DNA of 42,364 bases from Kiritimatiellia bacterium (lineage in GTDB: Bacteria > Verrucomicrobiota > Kiritimatiellia > RFP12 > DVOR01), in assembly GCA_051892815.1 (NCBI GenBank), contig JBJFGP010000174.1, forward strand, positions 1 through 42,364, written 5' to 3'. The notes under the pieces are model-generated. The model did not search any database. It was not told where the DNA came from and saw nothing but the letters and a program-made list of their open reading frames with translations. Positions 24,901 to 31,781 of the stretch are shown here, in pieces. Position numbers and translations under genes: made by a program. The stretch's first letter is position 1. Every line of letters begins with the position of its first letter.

Positions 24901-26156
24901 CTGACGGAGGCGCCGGGGTGGATGCAGTCGGGGATTGCGCCGTCGTTCCCCTCGCCCGCGCCGCTCCATACGACCTCGACCTGTTCGCCCGTATCGGCAT
25001 CGCAGAAAAGTGCCTTCCTTTCGGGGGCGATGGTACGCACCTCCGCATAGATAACCTTGCTACCAGTCGCCCCATAAGATACGCTTTCGCGGTAGGCAAT
25101 CCTATCAACCTCTTCCGCCAGACGCTTGGGCAAAGCCATCCTCGTCAAATGCCAAACTGTCAGACAGTAGGTCTTGAACGACTCCAGCCAATCCGCCTCC
25201 GAAACCTCCAACCCCGGTGCCCGCGCCAGACGGTTCCCCAACAGACGAAACCGGTTCACCCAAGCCAGCAAAGCCCGATCGCCCGCAAACAGTCCCGCCA
25301 GAAACTCGCAGGCAGTTGAGCCCGACTCCTCCGAGTAGCGACGCCGGAACTGATCCCAAAGAAGTTGGCGGAATAGACCGAACAGACGCGAGACCTTCTC
25401 GCGCGGCGTCTCAGACGACTCCCACACCCGCGCCGCCGCCTCATATTCCGGAGAAACCACCTCCTCGACGCCTTGCCCCAGCGCCCCATCCTGCCCCCCC
25501 GCCACCATCGGAGTAGTCCCCACCATCTGCGCCCGCTTGAGCCCCAACACCTTCTCCACCAACGCACGCATCTCCTCATCCGACAGACAGTTTCCCCGCC
25601 CGCCGGCGAATTGACAGACCACCTCCGCAACCTTCGAAACCGGCACCACCTTCAACCACAAACACCCCTCCCCAAGCGCATCCCAATCCGCCGACGCCTG
25701 GTTCGAAAAGACAATCACCGCAGAAATAAACTTCTTGAAATCGAACGAGCCGCCCGCCCCTGCCTCAGGCAAGAAAACCAACTGCTGGCCCTTCATCAAA
25801 GCCGCCGTCTGCCGGCGATAATCCGCCACCTGTCCAAGCGGCGTGCGACCCGGCGCCCCGCCCTTGACCTCCTCCCCCTTCTCGCTACCACAGTACCACT
25901 TTCCGTCAGTCCCCTGTACAATCTTCCCACCGTAGTTCTTCAACTCCAGAATGACCAGAGCCCGCCCCCTCAAAACCGCCATATCAACCGACGAGCGATA
26001 TGTCTTATTGTACCCCGGAACCTTGAAATTGCACAGAATGTGACACTCATCCCTCAGCGGTTCCAACGCCTCCTTGAGTTCGCGCACCACCTGCGAAACC
26101 ATCCCAGCCTCGCCCGTGTTCTCATACTCCTCCCCAATCCAAACCTCAACGCTCAC
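21933..26156 (-). CDS. 1407-aa multidomain protein: N-terminal NERD nuclease-related domain, central RecB/Cas4-type PD-(D/E)XK nuclease, C-terminal SF1B (Dna2/Upf1-type) helicase
   Basis: GTG start with a GGAG Shine-Dalgarno 8 nt upstream. NERD: VDMAVLRGRALVILELKNYGG. RecB-like nuclease: GLAAQVDAL..ATILELKSGK..QPILY. Helicase motifs: IWGPPGTGKT, AIVDEASQ, IGDDRQLPAV, RTQYRMHP, VDTVERFQGSE and LNVAVTRAR. Confidence 0.9.
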   Translation of the reverse strand: MSVEVWIGEEYENTGEAGMVSQVVRELKEALEPLRDECHILCNFKVPGYNKTYRSSVDMAVLRGRALVILELKNYGGKIVQGTDGKWYCGSEKGEEVKGGAPGRTPLGQVADYRRQTAALMKGQQLVFLPEAGAGGSFDFKKFISAVIVFSNQASADWDALGEGCLWLKVVPVSKVAEVVCQFAGGRGNCLSDEEMRALVEKVLGLKRAQMVGTTPMVAGGQDGALGQGVEEVVSPEYEAAARVWESSETPREKVSRLFGLFRQLLWDQFRRRYSEESGSTACEFLAGLFAGDRALLAWVNRFRLLGNRLARAPGLEVSEADWLESFKTYCLTVWHLTRMALPKRLAEEVDRIAYRESVSYGATGSKVIYAEVRTIAPERKALFCDADTGEQVEVVWSGAGEGNDGAIPDCIHPGASVSLILDAPAKEPAGRLRAKHIVLEPDFLISPQSIGHAQDFDNSALYFWLNAILPECLLKDDTQSARQFLLRGDFANLALADACAGSGENSNARLKTFFTQNSLELTVAALDKKWGNECKLQDGNIQRFITQTIPETYGVQPNQWHLEAPLYSPDYGLAAQVDALACDPKTKTATILELKSGKWDAYQGNNPKREHAVQPILYAKLLELAQGIPPQAINQALCYSQGIRDNYTCEPDGILFEKEAISKVWEAPGRTAESLLVECRNDIVSLLEFIRTGTFRALVGKATPEDFRREEYGEKYWNNHLRSSVEKLLAAFHQADPITRLYLYRWLQFLVAEMVYSSRGGLHGSGGAAWLRPPQERARAGLRLANLRIKGMPGKDALGRLLSFEFDTTQSPLNKHCSIREGDSVFLFRSSGKPDESIAHSRLFAATVARLTAESIVLQLDNPQAESLFEIAPDSEYAVEPRPATFHTSSLQGLGQLLIGNERRRKLVLNQVMPTTDPDRCLPMGDEVVKERYPFLHTLLRRAWQARDWFLIWGPPGTGKTSRAMRALVDLSMATPGMRILLLAYTYRATDEICRMLERRIAGDSLSPPAPEDIYLRLGNPLKCHPEPNLPTRFANEMGFDNRGQFQAYADRVRIIVAPVAALTPDHPIFGYYGHFDLAIVDEASQLLDAHILPLFCAKRYAAMGEKISDSDEPLIGKFIFIGDDRQLPAVVQQSPEESRIREPKLNKLGLNDCRESFFERLRRISHERPNRFAALRTQYRMHPAISEFCNACFYGGHLDDGKLPHQLTGIPEPPDSEDPFAHYTLTTRFGFYPLLDEDAMPLEKVSSKEAECCARIIRLLVSNPCRAPLQEGGEPRSYAPGEIGVIVPFRNQIAAVRGAIAHCLDAEVANGILVDTVERFQGSERAVILFSTVIQSLSEAALLSETAASDEANPLDRRLNVAVTRARERFYLVGNDAVLRHLPCYGEILDWVARHSGPFVPEIPF

Positions 26157-26277
26157 AGCACATTCTCCTCTCGACTAGATACCCTAAACGGGGGAAGTCT
26201 ACCACACCTTCACGAGCGAGACAAGCGCTTTTTCCCGGGGCTTTTGGAAATAACCTAACTTCGAAATATTTGTCCTG

Positions 26278-26320
26278 CCGCGCGACCTTCGGCATTTATC
26301 CCCAATGCCGCTTCGCGCGG
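26278..26320 (-). terminator. composite stem-loop immediately 3' of the tRNA (CCGCGCGA..CGGCATT-GGGGATA-AATGCCG..TCGCGCGG)
   Basis: Nested inverted repeats read directly. On the minus strand, TTTTTC precedes the hairpin rather than following it. Confidence 0.3.
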
Positions 26321-26326
26321 GAAAAA

Positions 26327-26403
26327 TGGTAGGGCAGGCGGGGATCGAACCCGCGGCCTCCGGATTAGGAATCCAACGCTCTGTCCAACTGAGCTACTGC
26401 CCT
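26327..26403 (-). tRNA. tRNA-Arg, anticodon CCU, CCA encoded
   Basis: Hand-folded 77-nt cloverleaf. Acceptor AGGGCAG/CTGCCCT, D stem GCTC/GAGC, anticodon stem TTGGA/TCCGG with loop TTCCTAA, T stem GCGGG/CCCGC with loop TTCGATC, discriminator A, then CCA. Confidence 0.9.
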
Positions 26404-26413
26404 AGAGCGGCTC

Positions 26414-26422
26414 AGTATAGCA
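26414..26422 (-). promoter_or_regulatory. extended -10 element TGCTATACT for the tRNA
   Basis: It lies 10 nt upstream of the mature tRNA 5' end. A TTGACC -35-like hexamer lies further upstream. Confidence 0.45.
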
Positions 26423-26473
26423 TAAACGCTCGCCCCTGTCGAGGTCAAACGCCAGCCGGGCGCGGCGGGAAAA

Positions 26474-26567
26474 GGTTGCCACCTCCGGGCGCGGCGGGTA
26501 CCAATCTCCGGTTCCGGTGCAGGCGCACCTCCGGATGTGATTCCTGCCAACCTCCGGCCGCGGCAGG
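26474..26567. repeat. tandem array, 4 units, exact 23-bp period (ACCTC variant)
   Basis: Anchors ACCTC/ATCTC at 26481, 26504, 26527 and 26550. Confidence 0.85.
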
Positions 26568-26594
26568 TTTCTATGAACCACGCGGGCTTTTGCG

Positions 26595-26623
26595 TTGAAA
26601 ATCGCGCCCCGTTCTGCTATACT
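26595..26623 (+). promoter_or_regulatory. dnaX promoter TTGAAA (26595..26600) - 17 nt - TATACT (26618..26623) with TG extension
   Basis: Read directly, 25 nt upstream of ATG 26649. Confidence 0.5.
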
Positions 26624-26648
26624 GCGCAGTTCAGAGTGGAGAGTCCCT

Positions 26649-27989
26649 ATGGCCTATGAAGTGCTGGCGAGAAAGTGGCGCCCGAGACAGTTCGAGGATG
26701 TCGTCGGGCAGGAGCATGTCACGCAGACCCTGACCCGTGCGATCGAAAGCGGTCGCATCGCCCACGCCTATCTCTTCATCGGCCCGAGGGGCATCGGCAA
26801 AACCACCCTCTCGCGCATCTTCGCCAAGGCCCTCAGCTGCGAAAAGGGCCCGACCCCCACGCCTTGCGACGAATGCGAGAGCTGCAAGGCCATCGCCGCC
26901 GGCAGTTCCCTGGATGTTATCGAGATAGACGGGGCTTCGAACAACAAGGTCGAAGACGCACAGGCCGTCCTCGATCAGGTCAAATATCCCCCCGCGCGCG
27001 GACGCTTCAAAATATTCATTGTCGACGAAGTCCACATGCTCACCACCGCCGCTTTCAACGCCCTGCTCAAAACCCTCGAAGAACCCCCGCCCTACGCCAA
27101 ATTCATCTTCGCCACAACCGAGGGCGACAAGGTCCTCCCTACCATCATCTCCCGCTGCCAGCGCTTCGACCTCAGACGCATCCAAACCGGCCAAATCGTC
27201 CGCCGCCTCGAACAAATCTGCCGCGCAGAAGCCGTCCAGGCCGACCAGGACGCACTCCTCGCCGTCGCCCGCGGAGCCGAAGGAGGCATGCGCGATGCCC
27301 TCTCCGCCCTCGACCAGCTCATCTCCTTCAAAGGCACCACCCTCACCGAACAAGACGTCCTCTCCGTCTTCGGCCTCGTCTCCAGAAAAGAACTCGAGAC
27401 CCTCGCCCAAGCCATCCTCACAGGCGACATCCCCACCATCCTCCGCCAGGTCGACTTCTACGAATCCTCCGGCAAAGACCTCAGGCGCCTGCTCGCCGAA
27501 CTGATGACCCACTTCCGCAACCTGCTCGTATACAGCCAAGGCGGCGCAGACCTCCTGGGAGCCGACACCACCGACGAGCAACTTCAGGTCCTCCAGCAGC
27601 AAACCACCCAGGCCGACCCCAAACGCATCCTTGACATCGCCGGACAGCTGGCAGACCTCGAAACCAAACTCCGCCAAAGCCTCAGCGTCCGCACACTCCT
27701 TGAGATGGGACTTATCCGCTGCGCCCGCCTCGCCACAGCCGTCCCCATCGACCGCATCCTACGCCAGATTGCCGCCCTCAGGCAGCAACTCCCCACCCCC
27801 GAAGCAACCCGCCAGCCATCCCCGGAGCAACCCGCCCACCCCCCCGCTCCGCAGCCGCCTCCGACACCCATTTCCGCCGCGAAACAGCCCCCAAACAGCG
27901 CAGAAGCCAGGGCTGCCGTCTACAAAGACGAAACCCTCCGCCAAGCCATCACCATGTTCGACGGGCGCGTCATCGAACCCGGCGCCTGA
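26649..27989 (+). CDS. dnaX: DNA polymerase III subunit gamma/tau
   Basis: MAYEVLARKWRPRQFEDVVGQEHV, GPRGIGKTT, a zinc module CDECESC, FIVDEVHMLT and SRCQRF. Confidence 0.95.
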   Translation: MAYEVLARKWRPRQFEDVVGQEHVTQTLTRAIESGRIAHAYLFIGPRGIGKTTLSRIFAKALSCEKGPTPTPCDECESCKAIAAGSSLDVIEIDGASNNKVEDAQAVLDQVKYPPARGRFKIFIVDEVHMLTTAAFNALLKTLEEPPPYAKFIFATTEGDKVLPTIISRCQRFDLRRIQTGQIVRRLEQICRAEAVQADQDALLAVARGAEGGMRDALSALDQLISFKGTTLTEQDVLSVFGLVSRKELETLAQAILTGDIPTILRQVDFYESSGKDLRRLLAELMTHFRNLLVYSQGGADLLGADTTDEQLQVLQQQTTQADPKRILDIAGQLADLETKLRQSLSVRTLLEMGLIRCARLATAVPIDRILRQIAALRQQLPTPEATRQPSPEQPAHPPAPQPPPTPISAAKQPPNSAEARAAVYKDETLRQAITMFDGRVIEPGA

Positions 27990-28033
27990 ACCCACCCAAC
28001 ACCTTCAACCCTTCCAAACAGGACAACCCCAAA

Positions 28034-28360
28034 ATGGCAAACATCTTCGAACAAGCCAAGCAAGCCATGGCCATGCGTCGCGAAGCCAAACGCATCCAGG
28101 CCGAAATCGAGAAAATCACCTGCACCTACGCCAACGGCGGCATCACCTGCACCGCCAAAGGCGACTTCACCATTACCTCCCTCAAATTCGCCCCCGACGC
28201 ATTCGCCGAGGTCATCGCCGGCAAGCCCGAGCGCTTCGAGACGATGCTCTCCAGCGTCATCAACGGCGCACTCAAAGGGGTCCGCAAGCAGACCCAAGAG
28301 GCCATGCAGAAACTGATGAAAGCCAACGGCGGAGGCGTACTCGGCGGACTGATGGGTTGA
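28034..28360 (+). CDS. ybaB: YbaB/EbfC nucleoid-associated protein
   Basis: 108 aa, MANIFEQAKQAMAMRREAKRIQAEIEK..., in the conserved dnaX-ybaB-recR position. Confidence 0.85.
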   Translation: MANIFEQAKQAMAMRREAKRIQAEIEKITCTYANGGITCTAKGDFTITSLKFAPDAFAEVIAGKPERFETMLSSVINGALKGVRKQTQEAMQKLMKANGGGVLGGLMG

Positions 28361-28429
28361 CGCGACCGGGACCGGCGGACGGCTACGAGCCCGTGCCGGT
28401 CCCGACCATCTCCGGGAGCGATTGCCTCC

Positions 28430-29032
28430 ATGAGCGAGCCCATTGCCCAACTTGAGACCCTGCTGGCCCGGTTGCCCGGACTCGGGCGCCGGAGTGCGCA
28501 GCGTATCGCCTTGGCGATTGCCCGCAATCCGGAGCGCTACGCCGAACCTCTGATGGAGGCGCTCCAGAATGTGCGGGAGTCGATCTGCACCTGTTCGCTC
28601 TGCGGCGGGTTCACGACGCGGGACGCGGATCCTTGCCACCTCTGCGACGATCCGAAGCGCGATCGGCGGACGCTGTGCGTGGTGGAAGATCCGGCGGACA
28701 TACCTTCGCTTGAGGCTTCTGGCGGGTACCGCGGGCTCTACCACGCGCTTATGGGTCGCATTTCCCCCGCAAAACATCTGGCTCCGGAGGATTTGCGCAT
28801 TGCGGCGCTGCTCGAACGCCTGGAGACGGGCGAGGTGGAGGAAGTCCTGCTGGCGCTGGGTACGGACATGGAGGGTGACGCGACGGCTCACTATTTGGCG
28901 GAGTTGCTGCTTCCGCTCGGGGTGCGGGTGACGCGTCTGGCGTACGGTCTGCCGGCCGACAGCGGGATTGGCTATTCGGATCCTTTGACGCTCCGGCGTG
29001 CAATTGCGGGACGCCAACCGCTTGGCGAGTAG
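28430..29032 (+). CDS. recR: recombination protein RecR
   Basis: LPGLGRRSAQRIA (HhH), the Cys4 finger CSLCGGFTTRDADPCHLCDD, and the Toprim segment LCVVEDPADI. Confidence 0.95.
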   Translation: MSEPIAQLETLLARLPGLGRRSAQRIALAIARNPERYAEPLMEALQNVRESICTCSLCGGFTTRDADPCHLCDDPKRDRRTLCVVEDPADIPSLEASGGYRGLYHALMGRISPAKHLAPEDLRIAALLERLETGEVEEVLLALGTDMEGDATAHYLAELLLPLGVRVTRLAYGLPADSGIGYSDPLTLRRAIAGRQPLGE

Positions 29033-29053
29033 GCGATGGCGGGGCGGACAACT

Positions 29054-29302
29054 TCAGCATTCGGGCATAGGCCTGCCGGCGGGGCAAAGTCCCGTATCGG
29101 GGCGGGTGCCAGGAACGCGGCAATAGCAGAGAAACGCGGCCAAGTCCAGGCGGCGTCCGCGGGTTTCGGTCTTGGAGATTTCTCTCTTGGATGCACCGAG
29201 GCGCGCGGTCAGCGACCGGATGGTCAGGTGCCGTTCGACCCATGCCTGGCGAAGCCCCGAGACGACCGCGCGGGAGGCATCGGTTGCGATGGGTTCGTCC
29301 AT
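29054..29302 (-). CDS. XRE-family helix-turn-helix regulator (82 aa)
   Basis: Start trimmed to ATG 29302. LRQAWVERHLTIRSLTARLGASKREISKTETRGRRLDLAAFLCYCRV fits a Cro/C1 HTH. It is divergent from the amidase gene. Confidence 0.6.
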   Translation of the reverse strand: MDEPIATDASRAVVSGLRQAWVERHLTIRSLTARLGASKREISKTETRGRRLDLAAFLCYCRVPGTRPDTGLCPAGRPMPEC

Positions 29303-29459
29303 AATGATGGAGGCGTTTGGCAGGTGGGAGGCGCTGGGAAAGCCAGGGAGCAAGCGGGCCGGACGGTGGGAACGGTGCCGGGTGGCTCCTGTGCGGCTGA
29401 TTGTAGCGCAGTGCCCTTGGCAAGTCAATCCATTTACGCCACAATGAGGGAGTTTTGCC

Positions 29460-30821
29460 GTGTTTGAGGCTGGGCGGGCGAGAGGTTGGTTGCTTTTGGC
29501 GGCGTTGGTTCTGGCGGCGTGCGCGGAGGGGGTTGTCTTCAGCAATGCGCGCAGTAGCCCGCGCAATCGCGAACGGGCCATCCGGAAGGAGACGCTCTAC
29601 ATCATTCTGCACACGACGGAGGGCCCGACGGGGAGTTCGCTCAACAAACTCAGCGCGAACGGGGAGTGCCACTATCTGGTGGACACTTCGGGCAAGGTTT
29701 GGCGAATCGTGGATGTGCGGCGGGAGGCGTACCATTGCGGTCTGAGCATGTGGAAGGGGCGGACGAACCTGGACTCGTGCAGCATTGGAATCGAGGTGAC
29801 GGGCTTCCACAACCGCCCGCTGACGGCGCACCAATACACCGCCTTGAGGGAGTTGCTCAAGCAGTTGCGCTTCCGCTACAAAATCGCGCCGCAGAATGTT
29901 CTGACCCACTCGATGGTTGCCTATGGCGAACCGAACCGCTGGCAGAAACGCCGCCACCGGGGGCGCAAGCGTTGCGGGATGCTCTATGCGCAGAACAACA
30001 TCCGCGCGAAGTTGGGGCTGACGGCGAAATACGGCGCGGACCCCGATGTGCGGGCGGGGCGGCTAAGGGTTGGGGACGACTATCTGGAGCGGGTGCTTTA
30101 CGGGGGCGCAATGCCCGTGGGAAGCGGCTTCTCTTCCGCCGGTTTTCTGGAGACGCGGCACGCCAAACCGCCCGCGGAACTTCCTCTTTCGGCGCCTTCC
30201 GCGAGTGCTAAAAACAATCCTCCGCCGGCCCCGGTTCCGCCCCGGAGGAAGGTCCCCAAGCCCCCAGACAAGGGGAAGCCGCCGGTCAAGGCCGCGGGCG
30301 CGAAACCGCCCGCGAAAACCACGGCGGGGCAGGTTGCCAAGGGTGGCGCTTCCGCCCAGCGTTCCGCCGCGAAGGCACCCACGCAGGCTAACGCTTCAAG
30401 CGGCGGGAAGGCGGCGCCCAATACTCGAGCAAGCGCGACGCCCGCTCAAGCGAAGGAGGGCTCAACCCCGGCGGGAAAGGGTTCGAAACCTGCCTCCGCC
30501 GCCGTTCGCAATACCCCTGCGAGAACGGGGCCTTCGAACAGCGGAAGGGGCGCGGCGAATGATAAACCGTCCGTGAACAATTCGCCTGCCAAAGGTGGCT
30601 CGGACACTAGCGGAAGCGGCAAGCTGGCGGGCAATTCATCCGCTACAAAGGGGGCGACGAGGTCGACGGCTTCGCGGGCGGAGGCGCCGGTTCGGAATGT
30701 GCCGCCGGTGGCGACGAGGCTTGACGAGCCAACGCCGAATGCGCGCGTAGAGGATGGCATCAAGGTGCGCCGGGAGCGTCCGCCGGAGTTGGATGCGGTG
30801 CCGCCGCCTCCTCCGCTCTAG
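29460..30821 (+). CDS. N-acetylmuramoyl-L-alanine amidase (Amidase_2/AmpD-PGRP fold) with signal/lipobox and about 230-aa low-complexity A/K/P/S/G tail
   Basis: GTG start with a GAGGGAG Shine-Dalgarno. LLLAALVLAAC leader. YIILHTTEG...CHYLVDTSGKVWRIV...AYHCG...NLDSCSIGIEVTG...VLTHSMV. The tail runs from about aa 225. Confidence 0.85.
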   Translation: MFEAGRARGWLLLAALVLAACAEGVVFSNARSSPRNRERAIRKETLYIILHTTEGPTGSSLNKLSANGECHYLVDTSGKVWRIVDVRREAYHCGLSMWKGRTNLDSCSIGIEVTGFHNRPLTAHQYTALRELLKQLRFRYKIAPQNVLTHSMVAYGEPNRWQKRRHRGRKRCGMLYAQNNIRAKLGLTAKYGADPDVRAGRLRVGDDYLERVLYGGAMPVGSGFSSAGFLETRHAKPPAELPLSAPSASAKNNPPPAPVPPRRKVPKPPDKGKPPVKAAGAKPPAKTTAGQVAKGGASAQRSAAKAPTQANASSGGKAAPNTRASATPAQAKEGSTPAGKGSKPASAAVRNTPARTGPSNSGRGAANDKPSVNNSPAKGGSDTSGSGKLAGNSSATKGATRSTASRAEAPVRNVPPVATRLDEPTPNARVEDGIKVRRERPPELDAVPPPPPL

Positions 30822-30822
30822 G

Positions 30823-30917
30823 GGTTGGCAAAGGTTGGCACCTGGCGGGGCGGTTGGTGCCTAGCGGCGGAGGCGGAAGGTTGGCTCCAATGGGGGCAAC
30901 AGGTTGCTATCCGCCGC
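30823..30917. repeat. degenerate array of the 23-bp family between convergent genes
   Basis: GGTTGG/GGTTGC unit starts at 30833, 30852, 30879 and 30902. Spacings are 19, 27 and 23, which sum to 3 x 23. Confidence 0.65.
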
Positions 30918-30951
30918 GGCCGGAGGCAGGCAGGAATCGAAGCCGGAGGAA

Positions 30952-31530
30952 CTAGCGCTGGCAGGGAATGCCCGGCAGATGCGCGCCGAGAAAGTTGGCG
31001 ATGGCGGCGGCGGCGTCCTGCGGGGTGATGCCGCGCAAGGCGTCCCAGGAGATGGAGAGGATGCGGCGGAGGGAACTTTTGCCGTCCCAGACAAGCAATT
31101 GGACGGTTCGATGGTCGGTCGGCGTGGGAGCCTTGTCGTAGGCGACGCTCAGCAGAGAGGAGCCGTCGGGGATGGTTTGGGCTCGGACGGTGGAGAACTT
31201 GCGGCGGGTGATGGTGCGGGTCTGAGCGTTGATGGAAATCTCGGAGCGCACCAGCGAACAGCAGGCGAAAACGAATGCCCAGAAGAGAAAGAGCAGCGAA
31301 CCGATGCAGCCCCTCAGCACGGCGGCGTCGGGGCGGTGCGGGCCCAACGCCATCAGCGCCAGGGGCGCGGCCGCAAAGGGAATCAGCAACAGCACAAAGG
31401 CAATCCACTTGGGACGGTTCGCGGCAATCTGCTCGCGGAAAGTGCCCCGGGCAATCACAATCCCCTCAGGCGTGGCACGTAGGCGAATCGGCGGCGAAGC
31501 AGGTATGGTCAGCGTCTCTTCCATAGGCAT
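30952..31530 (-). CDS. hypothetical membrane protein (2 predicted TM helices)
   Basis: ATG 31530 with a GGAG upstream. Hydrophobic helices WIAFVLLLIPFAAAPLALMAL and IGSLLFLFWAFVFACCSLV. Confidence 0.65.
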   Translation of the reverse strand: MPMEETLTIPASPPIRLRATPEGIVIARGTFREQIAANRPKWIAFVLLLIPFAAAPLALMALGPHRPDAAVLRGCIGSLLFLFWAFVFACCSLVRSEISINAQTRTITRRKFSTVRAQTIPDGSSLLSVAYDKAPTPTDHRTVQLLVWDGKSSLRRILSISWDALRGITPQDAAAAIANFLGAHLPGIPCQR

Positions 31531-31584
31531 CAATCTCCCCCGTTCGCGTCAACCTCGCCGAACGGTATCTACCAGTTTACCATC

Positions 31585-31598
31585 TTCCTGCGCAGGAA
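31585..31598. promoter_or_regulatory. perfect 14-bp palindrome TTCCTGCGCAGGAA in a divergent intergenic region
   Basis: Read directly. Candidate operator. Confidence 0.3.
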
Positions 31599-31728
31599 TC
31601 AAGCACCGCCGGGGAAATAGCCGGGCCAGGACGCGGGCAACGGACGGAAGCGTCACGCACGCGGGCAGGTCGCCTATAATAAGGTAAGGGAGGCGACAGC
31701 CGGACGCCGCCCGCCAAAGGGATAAACA

Positions 31729-31757
31729 TTGCAGAGAGAGCGCCGTTTTGTTATAAT
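31729..31757 (+). promoter_or_regulatory. promoter TTGCAG (31729..31734) - 17 nt - TATAAT (31752..31757)
   Basis: Read directly, 24 nt upstream of ATG 31782. Confidence 0.5.
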
Positions 31758-31781
31758 GCGCGGCAAAACCGCAGGGCTCTT

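Noticed and set aside
21740-26330. A prophage or integrative element at tRNA-Arg
   Set aside because: No integrase, excisionase, phage structural genes or duplicated tRNA 3' segment is visible. Only a single atypical gene lies between the tRNA and bioB.
26404-26648. SRP (4.5S) RNA upstream of dnaX, as found in some bacteria
   Set aside because: I found no GGAA-tetraloop helix-8-like motif (…CAGGUCCGGAAGGAAGCAGC…) on either strand. The space is accounted for by two divergent promoters and a repeat array. An Infernal scan would be decisive.
26631-29957. Minus-strand ORFs 26631..27677, 27920..29017 and 28749..29957
   Set aside because: They are antisense to dnaX, ybaB/recR and the amidase, with Gly/Arg/Pro-rich composition. 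Only the C-terminal 82 aa of ORF 29054..29581 (the XRE HTH) looks real.
31675-31720. A small protein gene after the orphan TATAAT/AAGGGAGG
   Set aside because: No ATG, GTG or TTG start lies at a sensible distance from the Shine-Dalgarno-like AAGGGAGG, and no ORF of meaningful length follows on the plus strand.
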